Shown here piece by piece: positions 48,694 through 56,654 of a DNA stretch of 64,000 bases. The first letter of the stretch is position 1. The number at the start of each line of letters is the position of its first letter. The stretch is from a virus, in IMG/VR virus record IMGVR_UViG_3300020036_001014, positions 2,266 to 66,265 of that record. One strand, written 5' to 3'. The translations under genes and the position numbers were made by a program. The notes under the pieces are model-generated. The model saw nothing but the letters and a program-made list of their open reading frames with translations. It searched no databases and had not been told where the DNA came from.

Positions 48694-49052
48694 GGTAGTT
48701 GTGCGAATAGGACTTGAAGTGTTTCGACAGGCAGCTTGTTCAGCTTCTCTAGCGAGCACAATGGATACACCTCGGTCAAGTAGCTCCTTCTCGTGGCCTC
48801 GATGAAGGCATCATTGAACGCATCCTCGTGACAGAAGTGATAGTCTTGCGACTTACCCTTCACTACGCTCACCTTGCCTTGGTGGTAGTTGGTGACATAG
48901 GCGGAGAACTGTCCTCCGATATGCCTCAATGCGTCCTGCTGTGACGCCCATGTTCCAACGTACTCAACGCTACCTGCGCCAAGGTGCATGAACACATGCG
49001 TCGTCTTGTTTCTTTTATTAGTCCTACTTGCGGGAACTATCTTGATATCCAT
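48690..49052 (-). CDS. hypothetical protein (120 aa)
   Basis: ATG ORF; GTTAAC-type motif 3 nt upstream. Confidence 0.4.
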   Translation of the reverse strand: MDIKIVPASRTNKRNKTTHVFMHLGAGSVEYVGTWASQQDALRHIGGQFSAYVTNYHQGKVSVVKGKSQDYHFCHEDAFNDAFIEATRRSYLTEVYPLCSLEKLNKLPVETLQVLFAQLP

Positions 49053-49054
49053 GG

Positions 49055-49073
49055 CTTAACTGTTTATGGTTAG
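49055..49073 (-). promoter_or_regulatory. GTTAAC-type motif (CTTAACTGTTTATGGTTAG)
   Basis: 2-3 nt upstream of the ATG of 48690..49052. Confidence 0.4.
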
Positions 49074-49978
49074 TCGATCAGCTTCTCGCCGATCTTCTTG
49101 ACCAGTTCATTTGGAAGTTCGTACTCACCGATGGTGATGCTGTCCTTGTTGAACTGGACGTTGCCTTGCTTGGTTGTGATAACCTCACCACTGCACCGCT
49201 CAAGCCACTGGTCAATGGTAAGTTCGTTGCGATCATTTGTATTGTCGTTACCAACGAACGCTGGGTGATGCTTCCTGTACACAAAGACAGGGAAGTTGAC
49301 AGTAGATGTGGGGTCATAAGGCTTCACTCCAGAGCGAGCAGTGGTTTCACACGCCACCCATTCACGAAGCGCCTTATCCTTGATGGCTACACAGTCGCCG
49401 TCTTGCAGGCTGTGCTTCTTTGTCCCACCCATGCCAGCAATGATCTTCTTGACCGTTGCGTTATCAACAGTAGTGCAACCAATGGTCACGGAACCGGGCT
49501 TGATCTCAACGGTCCAGTCCTTGTACTTCAGTGGTTCTTCTGTCTTGACCAACAGGCGTTCGATGAACTCACCCAGTGAGAGGTAGTTCAGCGGATCTCC
49601 TGAATTGTCGGCTAAGATCTGGGAACTCCATCCATTCAGACCAGACTTATCCATGAAGATCACCACCTCGCTACCAAGTGACCACACGGGCTTTTTCCCA
49701 ACAGCCACAGCTGCATCGTACACGATCTTACCCGTAATGGCATCGACCTTCACTGCGTCGTATGGCTGAAGTCCTGCTGTTGCTAGCTCCACATCTTCAA
49801 AGAGGAAGCTGTAATACCCAATGCAGACCCACATGTCGGTAACACGTCCTACCGTGTGGTCTTTCCCAACCATGAGCCCCATTGGACCGTCCCATCCGGG
49901 ATTGCCGCCCGAGTTGTATTTCTCCTTAGTAGCAGTGGCCTTGATGCGTACGCGGTCTCCCTTCTTGAACGTTGTCAT
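49070..49978 (-). CDS. hypothetical protein (302 aa), paralogous C-terminal motif with next gene
   Basis: Contains SVTIGCTTVDNATVKKIIAG and SITIGEYELPNELVKKIGEKL, related to HVSIGCFTLKNEEVLAIEAA in 49975..50700. Confidence 0.4.
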   Translation of the reverse strand: MTTFKKGDRVRIKATATKEKYNSGGNPGWDGPMGLMVGKDHTVGRVTDMWVCIGYYSFLFEDVELATAGLQPYDAVKVDAITGKIVYDAAVAVGKKPVWSLGSEVVIFMDKSGLNGWSSQILADNSGDPLNYLSLGEFIERLLVKTEEPLKYKDWTVEIKPGSVTIGCTTVDNATVKKIIAGMGGTKKHSLQDGDCVAIKDKALREWVACETTARSGVKPYDPTSTVNFPVFVYRKHHPAFVGNDNTNDRNELTIDQWLERCSGEVITTKQGNVQFNKDSITIGEYELPNELVKKIGEKLID

Positions 49979-50700
49979 TGTTGTTTGGTTTTGATGAGTT
50001 CAACTACCTTCTTAATGTCTTCGTACTTAACAGTGTGTCCTTCTGCGAACGTTGCTACACCAGTTGTATCGTTCCACTTAACAGGAACACCCTTCACCTT
50101 AAGGTTCATCGCAGCCTCAATGGCAAGAACCTCTTCGTTCTTCAGCGTGAAGCAGCCGATGCTTACATGTCCATCCTCCATCTTCACCTCGTAACTATTG
50201 ATAGTTAGTGGCTTAGTGATAACGGTGCGCTCCATCAGTTCCATGAACTGGTTGAATGGCATGAAGTTCTTAGACTCTTGACTCCACGCTGACCCCTTCA
50301 CGCCAGATGTTGTTACGCCATCACGGTATACGCTCGTGCCACCGAAGAACAGCCAACCGCCATCGTCATGCTTGTGCGGACTGTCAACACCCAGCTCCTT
50401 CGCCCGAGCCAGTGCATAATACCTCTGCGCAGGAGTGAAGTCCTTACACGCATCACCATGCTTCAAGCCAGCCTGCGGTGCTGGGGTGATGACGGTAGCC
50501 CACACATCGTTCAGGTACAGCCTTACTTGATCGCTGCCGTCACTAACATAAAGACCTTCTGCGCTATTTGTTGACCATCTTGCACCGTGCGGAATAGTAT
50601 ATTCCATGTCAGGCTTGCCGTCGTACTCAATGGACCGCACCGTAGCCCCGGCTACAATACCACGGGCAGTTGCTTCCTTGATCAGTTGTTCGAGTGTCAT
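49975..50700 (-). CDS. hypothetical protein (241 aa)
   Basis: ATG ORF; shares a (V/S)xIGCxT...N..V..I motif with 49070..49978. Confidence 0.4.
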   Translation of the reverse strand: MTLEQLIKEATARGIVAGATVRSIEYDGKPDMEYTIPHGARWSTNSAEGLYVSDGSDQVRLYLNDVWATVITPAPQAGLKHGDACKDFTPAQRYYALARAKELGVDSPHKHDDGGWLFFGGTSVYRDGVTTSGVKGSAWSQESKNFMPFNQFMELMERTVITKPLTINSYEVKMEDGHVSIGCFTLKNEEVLAIEAAMNLKVKGVPVKWNDTTGVATFAEGHTVKYEDIKKVVELIKTKQQ

Positions 50701-50957
50701 GTCAGTTCGAGGTTAAGAGTTGTTTGGCTTGAGGATATGTAACAGACAGCCGTAGTTCACGTAGTTCGTTCATGAACTGCTTGGCTGCCAGCTTCAGACA
50801 GATGGGATCCGATAGATCCACTGCCATGCGGTATTGCCGGACCGCTTCCTTGATGTACTTGTTCATTTGGCTTTGTTGTTGTTACAGAGTTTCCACAGGA
50901 GGATGATGCTTAACACAATGATAAGCCCACCTCCGAAGATGTTGAATGCAGCTTGCA

Positions 50958-51956
50958 TTATTCTACCAGTTGTTTATGGTTCGTCCACTCAAACGTGTTG
51001 ATGTCAGAGGTGAAGTGTCCACACCCCTCGCAGTACAGGTATCCTTGGTCCGAAGCTACTTCATGTGACTCACACCTTGGGCATACCATGTCATCCATGT
51101 CCACTGGATCCTCACCCCAGCTCTCGCCGTAACAGTAGGAGTAGTTGCCGTGGTCCTTGTCTTCTCCTGCGAAGTAGATCCACGCAGTTACTTCTTCTCC
51201 ATCAGACAGTGTTACTTGCGTCTCACGGCGTTGGTACAAGGTCGGGTGTCCTTCCAGCTTATCCAGCTCCAGCAGGGTATCGGTTGACACACGATACACC
51301 TCTACCTCTACCTGTGAACCACCACCGCCTTCGATCAGGAACGGTAGACCATGTACGCACAGTCTGTGCTTCTCATTGGTCCACCCCCAGCCCATGAAGT
51401 CAGCCTTGTCGAGCATCCAGTTGTTACCGTGGCCTGTTTTCAGTGTACCATACACGGCCACCATCTTACCAGTTGGGATACAGTAAGCGTTGGAATACCA
51501 CGCTCCTTCATGCTCAACCCACCCCTCACCAGTACGGATGATGCTCTTGCGCTTGGCATTGACAAGAACATACCGCTGTGCGAACCGTGACAGAACCGCC
51601 TCACGAGATTCATGGTTGACGCTACGTAGCATATCAGCCAAGTGTTGGGTATCAGTACGGTCGTCGTCGATAAACCCCTCTACCGTACCGTTCTGGAACA
51701 AGTAGAACCCGTTGTCCACCGGGAATGGGTGGCAGTTCTGCAATGTCTTGCCACCTACCGTGGCCCACCTGAAGTGGTGTATCGCTGGACCGGGCTCAAG
51801 TGCTAGCTTGATAGCCTTCTCCATATCCAGTGTCTTCTCAACCTTGCCTGTTCGTAGGCAAAGTCTACCGTATCCGTCCGAGTTAATGAGCGCAGCTCGC
51901 TTAACTATGTCCGAGTTAAGCACGGACCCGCTGCTGTTGTCAATGAGTAGGCACAT
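50958..51956 (-). CDS. fused class-II glutamine amidotransferase (Ntn) + gamma-glutamyl cyclotransferase-like protein
   Basis: Start set at the internal Met (MCLLIDNSSG) so that Cys2 is N-terminal, since the track ORF overlaps the upstream gene. IHHFRWATVGGKTLQNCHPF matches the GATase-II signature (H.RWAT.G...N.HPF). C-terminal half MVAVYGTLKTGHGNN...VEVEVYRV...GHPTLYQR matches the AIG2/GGCT fold pattern. Terminal CPRC...CEGCGH zinc ribbon. Confidence 0.55.
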   Translation of the reverse strand: MCLLIDNSSGSVLNSDIVKRAALINSDGYGRLCLRTGKVEKTLDMEKAIKLALEPGPAIHHFRWATVGGKTLQNCHPFPVDNGFYLFQNGTVEGFIDDDRTDTQHLADMLRSVNHESREAVLSRFAQRYVLVNAKRKSIIRTGEGWVEHEGAWYSNAYCIPTGKMVAVYGTLKTGHGNNWMLDKADFMGWGWTNEKHRLCVHGLPFLIEGGGGSQVEVEVYRVSTDTLLELDKLEGHPTLYQRRETQVTLSDGEEVTAWIYFAGEDKDHGNYSYCYGESWGEDPVDMDDMVCPRCESHEVASDQGYLYCEGCGHFTSDINTFEWTNHKQLVE

Positions 51957-53931
51957 CTGTTGTTTGTTGTTGTTGTTGTTCGTAAGTACTGATCTCTTCT
52001 GGTGTGGCTGGTCGCAGGTCAATAATGTCCTCACCGGACATATCTGTTCCGTTGCCACGCAGCCACGTTACTCCAATGGCTCCAGTTCGTATCACACCCC
52101 TTGAATCTGCTCGGCACAGGTGTCCATGTGCAGGACCCCGGCCATTGTACATCAGAACCTGACCCACGGTGAATGGATTACCATCGTTACGTGTTGCTCG
52201 CTCGATCTCCTGCGGTGTTGCTCTGCGGGCAGACGACCGTTGGTATACACCGCCACACGGCGCTATGGATATCGTACCGTCACTGAACGTTCTCTCCACA
52301 AGCTGGGTTGTTCCGATAAACTGCGAGTCGCACCCTGTGTTATCGCCAGTGATCACGATCCAGTCACCCGTTCTGAGTATGTCTGCGGCAGCGATCTCTT
52401 CTGGAGTAGCACGGCGTGCTGATTCAGCTGGGTAGAACCAACCATGACCAATATGTGCCCAGTCCGTGCTATGACTTCCAGACCAGTCGATACCGAGCAA
52501 TTGATCTACCACGATGCAGCGACCCAGTTCACCTGTCCAACCCATTCTATCTGGTCCGGTTACTACAACCCAGTCTCCAATAGCCGGTAGATACCCGGTC
52601 TCTACTGGCTCTGGTTGTGCTGGAATAGCGGCCAGCTCTTCTTCCGTTGGAAGGCGTAGTCTGTTGGCATATACCCATGCGTCTGTCCTGTAATCCATCC
52701 GATGCACATTTATTTCCGCTCCGGTGCCATTTGCTGCGTTGACCGTAACCAATGATATGGGATCGTTCGCATACCCGTCAATCCACATCAGCACCTGTCC
52801 AGTGGTCCAGCTTGGGGGTGGCGGTGGAGGTGGGACGTAGTTCCGAATGAACTCACTGATCCCGTCGTGTTTGACACCACGGTAATACCACCCGGCGAAC
52901 GCACTGTACAGGCGGATGACCTCCTGGACTTTCTTGATCCCAGCCTTCGGATCTTCGGGGTTGGTGTAAACATCCAGCAGCATCTTCCGCACATCACCGT
53001 CACGACCCAGCTGCTTGCGCATCCATGTCCATGTCAAGGGCTTTTCTTTAGCCGCAAGCAGGAAGTGTGCTATCAGGTCGAACCTCCACATCAGGGACTT
53101 GGCCGTCTTGACCGCACTGGGAACTCGAAGCTCGATCCGGTGTGGCTCAAAGAAGAATGCTTGGTACTTCTCTTGTCTACCCTTCTCCTTGTCGGTCATG
53201 GCCTTGCAATACCCACCCGTCAAGCGTTTGGGATACAGAGCAAGCAGTAAGGGGAACAGCGGGCGGATCCGTTCGGATAGCTCGATAGGGGTAAACCGTC
53301 TGTCACTGATGGAGATATGGCCACCGCAACTGGTTGAGCAGTCGGCGTCGAGAACCTTGGTCAGCTTACGTACATGCTGAACCAGAAGCTCACGCTCGTT
53401 GATGTTGAAGGCTGGGGATACAAGCTCGAAACCCGTATCATCATCCAGCGAACCGTCACGTTCACATACCCATCCAGAGGGAAGTTCAAGCCCATCCTCG
53501 ATCAGATCACGGATACTGCGATCCTCTTTCTCCACCTCGAACCCGATGCGATACGGGTGTTCGTTGGTAACTGCATGAAGGTCACGCTCTTGGCTGTGGT
53601 AGTCGTTCAGGCCCCCTTCCTCTGGCTCGGAGTTGTACGTCTCGCTGCGTTCGTGGTAGTGGGCGTGGTCGTCACGGCACGACTCGCACCACCACTCATC
53701 AACATCTTCGATGTGGGTGAGGTTGAAGCCTGCGTTGTCATCGTGGCAAATGTCTTCGTTACAGCTACCGCACGAAGAGACTTCGTTCTGGTGGCAGATG
53801 CCGTCTATCATTGTACGGGTGGCCTCGTCTTCTGGTATCCAAGCCTCGCTTTGTTCCGAGTACAGATACCCATCAAGCTCTGGTGCAGATCGAGAACTGC
53901 ACCGTATTTCTATGGTGTGTGAATGCGGCAT
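51940..53931 (-). CDS. amidoligase-like (glutamine-synthetase-fold) protein with C-terminal repeat domain
   Basis: 663 aa; N-terminal Cys/His cluster; RIGFEVEKE...DGSLDDDTGFELVSPAF...GGHISIS resembles Amidoligase_2/GCS2-like ligases as recalled; C-terminal region has ~4 copies of an RRATP(E/Q)EI...TGDW(I/V)V(I/V)TG repeat and a PPPPPPP tract. Confidence 0.4.
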   Translation of the reverse strand: MPHSHTIEIRCSSRSAPELDGYLYSEQSEAWIPEDEATRTMIDGICHQNEVSSCGSCNEDICHDDNAGFNLTHIEDVDEWWCESCRDDHAHYHERSETYNSEPEEGGLNDYHSQERDLHAVTNEHPYRIGFEVEKEDRSIRDLIEDGLELPSGWVCERDGSLDDDTGFELVSPAFNINERELLVQHVRKLTKVLDADCSTSCGGHISISDRRFTPIELSERIRPLFPLLLALYPKRLTGGYCKAMTDKEKGRQEKYQAFFFEPHRIELRVPSAVKTAKSLMWRFDLIAHFLLAAKEKPLTWTWMRKQLGRDGDVRKMLLDVYTNPEDPKAGIKKVQEVIRLYSAFAGWYYRGVKHDGISEFIRNYVPPPPPPPSWTTGQVLMWIDGYANDPISLVTVNAANGTGAEINVHRMDYRTDAWVYANRLRLPTEEELAAIPAQPEPVETGYLPAIGDWVVVTGPDRMGWTGELGRCIVVDQLLGIDWSGSHSTDWAHIGHGWFYPAESARRATPEEIAAADILRTGDWIVITGDNTGCDSQFIGTTQLVERTFSDGTISIAPCGGVYQRSSARRATPQEIERATRNDGNPFTVGQVLMYNGRGPAHGHLCRADSRGVIRTGAIGVTWLRGNGTDMSGEDIIDLRPATPEEISTYEQQQQQTTDVPTH

Positions 53932-53965
53932 AGTTGATCAATTTTAGCCTCGTGTTACTCGTCAT

Positions 53966-54202
53966 TCATTGATCGCCTAGCCGCCCTTCTGGCTTGCTGG
54001 TCACGAAGTACTTCGATGGGTGACACGTTAGCCAAATGACCTGATCTGGATGCTTGATGGTGTCAATGACGCTGGTGATACGATACCGCCAGTACCAGAT
54101 CTTGCCGTCCGGCCCTGCATGAACACGGGCAATTCCCCGATCGCAGGAATTGCGCCACTGGATGTAGTCCCATCCAAAGAGGAAGTTCTTTAGCTTGTAC
54201 AT
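53966..54202 (-). CDS. hypothetical protein (~78 aa)
   Basis: Start moved to internal ATG (MYKLKN...) because a GTTAAC-type motif lies between it and the track's upstream ATG. Confidence 0.35.
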   Translation of the reverse strand: MYKLKNFLFGWDYIQWRNSCDRGIARVHAGPDGKIWYWRYRITSVIDTIKHPDQVIWLTCHPSKYFVTSKPEGRLGDQ

Positions 54203-54212
54203 GTTGTTGGTT

Positions 54213-54231
54213 GTTAACTGTTCGTAGTTAC
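54213..54231 (-). promoter_or_regulatory. GTTAAC-type motif (GTTAACTGTTCGTAGTTAC)
   Basis: ~11 nt upstream of the ATG (MYKLKN) of 53966..54202. Confidence 0.4.
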
Positions 54232-54479
54232 TTCTGTTTGGCGAGGATGGCATTCCAGTTGTCGATCACATCGCTCAGGTCATATGCGTAGTCCTCATCG
54301 TCCATCACTTCAGATCGCACCTCCAATAGCATCTTGCGCATCGCGTTTCCAGCCTCCTCCAACTCTTCCACCCTGTCCTGTAGGGGCTGGGCTACTTCGG
54401 TGATCGCGGCGGCGTAACCTGACGCCATGACCGGATCATCAGTCCATTGATAGGACAACTCTTCAGCGTTCAGTTTCAT
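54228..54479 (-). CDS. hypothetical acidic protein (83 aa)
   Basis: ATG ORF; ATGA-coupled to the upstream micro-ORF. Confidence 0.35.
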   Translation of the reverse strand: MKLNAEELSYQWTDDPVMASGYAAAITEVAQPLQDRVEELEEAGNAMRKMLLEVRSEVMDDEDYAYDLSDVIDNWNAILAKQK

Positions 54480-54619
54480 TTCTTCCAGTGTCTGTTGGTT
54501 GTTGTTGCAGTTGCTTCGCGGATCACCGCAATGGCCCGAAGGCGTTCAATGGGTGTCGCGTTATTGACCGTCATTAGCAGCATGTGCGCCTGACGTACTT
54601 GTTCCTTGGTTGGTTTCAT
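54476..54619 (-). CDS. micro-ORF (47 aa), not in track
   Basis: ATG placed immediately after a GTTAAC-type motif (GTTAACTAACGAACAGTTAAG-ATG); stop overlaps the next ATG (ATGA). Confidence 0.35.
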   Translation of the reverse strand: MKPTKEQVRQAHMLLMTVNNATPIERLRAIAVIREATATTTNRHWKK

Positions 54620-54640
54620 CTTAACTGTTCGTTAGTTAAC
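54620..54640 (-). promoter_or_regulatory. GTTAAC-type motif (CTTAACTGTTCGTTAGTTAAC) + GC element at 54648..54660
   Basis: Abuts the ATG of micro-ORF 54476..54619; followed by GCGCCTTGCGGCTT. Confidence 0.45.
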
Positions 54641-54678
54641 TCACAGGCGCCTTGCGGCTTTCTGTTGTTGGTTAGTGT

Positions 54679-54999
54679 CTACTGCTTGCCTTGTGCAAGA
54701 TCTATCGACTTAGGGTTAAAGCGAACCATTGCATTGTACGCAGCTGTTTCGTCCGTAAACCCGTAATCTCCTTGATGCGCGTCTACATAGTTGTCTATCA
54801 GCTTCTTGGCTTCGATCAACTCTGCCAACAGGTCGTCCCGTTGTTGCTTGAGGTCGGGGGCTTGGGCGATCAGCTCATCATCACCAGATCGCAGTGATGT
54901 AACCTGAGCTATGTGTATTCCACGTCGATCAAATACGCCGACGCCAACAACGTGGGCCACAACCTTGCTGTGCCACGGTCCCGGTGTGTGCTTGCTCAT
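54679..54999 (-). CDS. hypothetical protein (~106 aa)
   Basis: Internal ATG (MSKHTPGPW) sits 3 nt after a GTTAAC-type motif; the track ORF extends to 55134. Confidence 0.4.
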   Translation of the reverse strand: MSKHTPGPWHSKVVAHVVGVGVFDRRGIHIAQVTSLRSGDDELIAQAPDLKQQRDDLLAELIEAKKLIDNYVDAHQGDYGFTDETAAYNAMVRFNPKSIDLAQGKQ

Positions 55000-55002
55000 G
55001 TC

Positions 55003-55022
55003 CTTAACTATTTGATGGTTAG
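55003..55022 (-). promoter_or_regulatory. GTTAAC-type motif (CTTAACTATTTGATGGTTAG)
   Basis: 3 nt upstream of the ATG of 54679..54999. Confidence 0.4.
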
Positions 55023-55341
55023 CGTCGCATCCAGTCACGACGGCGTTCTTTTCTTGACACCCTGCCGCAGTCCCGCTCAATGGCAGTACCGGACATTTGA
55101 TCCGTGACCCGTGTATCCCGATCACCCGGACCACTGGCCATGATACGGATAGGAGAGCTATCGGTCATTACTTCTGACCCACAGTTGACGCATGTCCCCA
55201 CCCATACTTGTCGGAAGGTTGACCCGAACGGTATACCAGCTATCTGCTGTTTCCATTCAAGGGAATGTCCACGCCAAGATGCAGAAGCATTGGCGTCATC
55301 GCGGAGCTTATTCAGCCCTACTTTGTATGTGATCACGTCGC

Positions 55342-55980
55342 TCATTTGATCGGATACTTGGAGTTCAGCGTATCTGCGATTCGCTTGCCGTATTTGCGGC
55401 TGATGTACTTGGCTTGGTAAGCCCACGCAGCAGCCCCCGCAGCATCCCCCGCAGCAGCCCGCGCAGCATCCCCCGCAGCAGCCCCCGCAGCATCCCACGC
55501 AGCAGCCCCCGCAGCAGCCCCCGCAGCATCCCCCGCAGCAGCCCCCGCAGCATACCCCGCAGCAGCCCCCGCAGCAGCCCACGCAGCAGCCCCCGCAGCA
55601 TCCCCCGCAGCATACCCCGCAGCATCCCCCGCAGCATACCCCGCAGCAGCCCACGCAGCAGCCCGCGCAGCAGCAAGCTCGCTGGCGCTCGCCCGGCCAT
55701 TTGCATAACGCTCTGCGACTCGAACAGCTTCTCTGCTCCGCTCATCGGTCAACAGGTCCCATACCCTACGACCATCAGCAAGCGGGGTCTTGCGAACGAA
55801 ACGACAGGCAAGAAGCCGAAGCTCCTTGTTATCCAGTAGCTTCAATTTCTCGATCAGCCACATAGACCACTCAGGATCCTTGTTCATGCTTATCACTTTC
55901 TCCCACGTTGGGGCTTCTTTCATGGCTTCGACGGCTGGTCCGCAGGCGCCAATGCGCCGGAGGTGTTGGTATGGTTTCAT
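55342..55980 (-). CDS. protein with ~19 tandem AAGx tetrapeptide repeats (212 aa)
   Basis: N-terminal ~110-aa globular-looking region, then AWAAAGYAAGDAAGYAAGDAAGAAAW... encoded by the 12-bp tandem array; all other frames are open only because of the repeat. Confidence 0.5.
   Translation of the reverse strand: MKPYQHLRRIGACGPAVEAMKEAPTWEKVISMNKDPEWSMWLIEKLKLLDNKELRLLACRFVRKTPLADGRRVWDLLTDERSREAVRVAERYANGRASASELAAARAAAWAAAGYAAGDAAGYAAGDAAGAAAWAAAGAAAGYAAGAAAGDAAGAAAGAAAWDAAGAAAGDAARAAAGDAAGAAAWAYQAKYISRKYGKRIADTLNSKYPIK
55423..55674. repeat. tandem array of ~21 x 12-bp units (CCCCCGCAGCAG / CCCCCGCAGCAT)
   Basis: Read directly: 252 bp of near-perfect 12-mers with occasional A/C substitutions. 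Confidence 0.9.
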
Positions 55981-56015
55981 ATTAGCTCGTTGTTACTTCG
56001 TTAAACTCGCTCAAA

Positions 56016-56030
56016 GACGCCTTGCGGCTT
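56016..56030 (-). promoter_or_regulatory. GC element GACGCCTTGCGGCTT with degenerate GTTAAC-type region (55985..56009)
   Basis: ~35 nt upstream of the ATG of 55342..55980; same GC element recurs at 54648, 57476 and, inverted, 57091. Confidence 0.35.
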
Positions 56031-56049
56031 ACTGGCTGTGTGTTGTTCG

Positions 56050-56223
56050 TTAAAAGAGTGATTTGATCACGTCATCAACTGGTACTTCGTTGTCCACGAA
56101 CACCTTCAGCGTCCGATCGTCGTCCTGAAAGGACAGCTGAATGCCCCCTTTCTTCGTGTAAACAACATAGGCTCGGCCCTTGCTGTCGATCACTTCAAGT
56201 CGTGTGAGTTTGTGGGTGTCCAT
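56050..56223 (-). CDS. micro-ORF (57 aa), not in track
   Basis: ATG ORF (MDTHKLTRLEVIDSKGRAYVVYTKKG...) between the repeat gene and the tRNA. Confidence 0.3.
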   Translation of the reverse strand: MDTHKLTRLEVIDSKGRAYVVYTKKGGIQLSFQDDDRTLKVFVDNEVPVDDVIKSLF

Positions 56224-56323
56224 GGTCGTTCAGTGTTTATGCCCACATTGGCAGTTATCGTCCTTGTCGTTGACACATGCTGCAACGATCATCAGCAGTA
56301 GTATGATGGCTAGGCTGGTCATT

Positions 56324-56343
56324 GTTAACTCGTTGTTGGTTAG
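56324..56343 (-). promoter_or_regulatory. GTTAAC-type motif (GTTAACTCGTTGTTGGTTAG)
   Basis: Between the 3' end of tRNA-Arg and a 30-aa hydrophobic micro-ORF (56230..56322). Confidence 0.4.
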
Positions 56344-56346
56344 TTG

Positions 56347-56420
56347 TCACCCCGCCACGACTCGAACGTGGACTTTACCGGGTAGAGGCCGGTCGTGTTA
56401 TCCAATTACACTACGGGGCG
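56347..56420 (-). tRNA. tRNA-Arg(UCU)-like
   Basis: Minus-strand cloverleaf: acceptor CGCCCCG/CGGGGTG (one G-U), D arm GTGT-AATTGGATA-ACAC, anticodon arm ACCGG-CCUCUAC-CCGGT (anticodon UCU; C at position 33 is atypical), T arm CCACG-TTCGAGT-CGTGG. GTTAAC-type motifs on both flanks. Confidence 0.6.
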
Positions 56421-56432
56421 CATAGCACTGTA

Positions 56433-56452
56433 TTAGTAACTATTGATAGTTA
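56433..56452 (-). promoter_or_regulatory. degenerate GTTAAC-type motif (AGTAACTATTGATAGTTAAT)
   Basis: Immediately 5' of tRNA-Arg on the minus strand. Confidence 0.3.
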
Positions 56453-56457
56453 ATGGT

Positions 56458-56631
56458 CTAGCTCGTTGGGGGCTCGTCGCCCTCATGAACAGGAAGCCAT
56501 CTTCCGTCCTTCAGTTGATCCCAATCTGCATCGGGATCCACTTCAGACAATAGCATCCACGTTCCTTCACCCCGGAACTGTCCCGGACCGGGCATCTTGA
56601 TCCATCGGATCGGTTCGCATTCTTTGCACAT
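56458..56631 (-). CDS. micro-ORF (57 aa), not in track
   Basis: ATG 3 nt downstream of motif GTTAACTGTTATTGGTTAAG. Confidence 0.3.
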   Translation of the reverse strand: MCKECEPIRWIKMPGPGQFRGEGTWMLLSEVDPDADWDQLKDGRWLPVHEGDEPPTS

Positions 56632-56634
56632 GTT

Positions 56635-56654
56635 GTTAACTGTTATTGGTTAAG
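56635..56654 (-). promoter_or_regulatory. GTTAAC-type motif (GTTAACTGTTATTGGTTAAG)
   Basis: 3 nt upstream of the ATG of micro-ORF 56458..56631. Confidence 0.4.

Noticed and set aside
55423-55674. CRISPR array
   Set aside because: The 12-bp units are contiguous with no spacers, so this is a coding tandem repeat.
55019-55839. Long ORFs 55019..55654 (-), 55365..55745 (-) and 55414..55839 (+) with Cys-Gly or PRS-rich repeats
   Set aside because: They are open only because the 12-bp tandem array lacks stops in every frame. The frame continuous with the flanking unique sequence is 55342..55980.
56180-56425. Plus-strand ORF 56180..56425 (and 59731..59925 / 59649..59867 near the tRNA-like element)
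   Set aside because: They overlap tRNA or tRNA-like structures and start with TTG.
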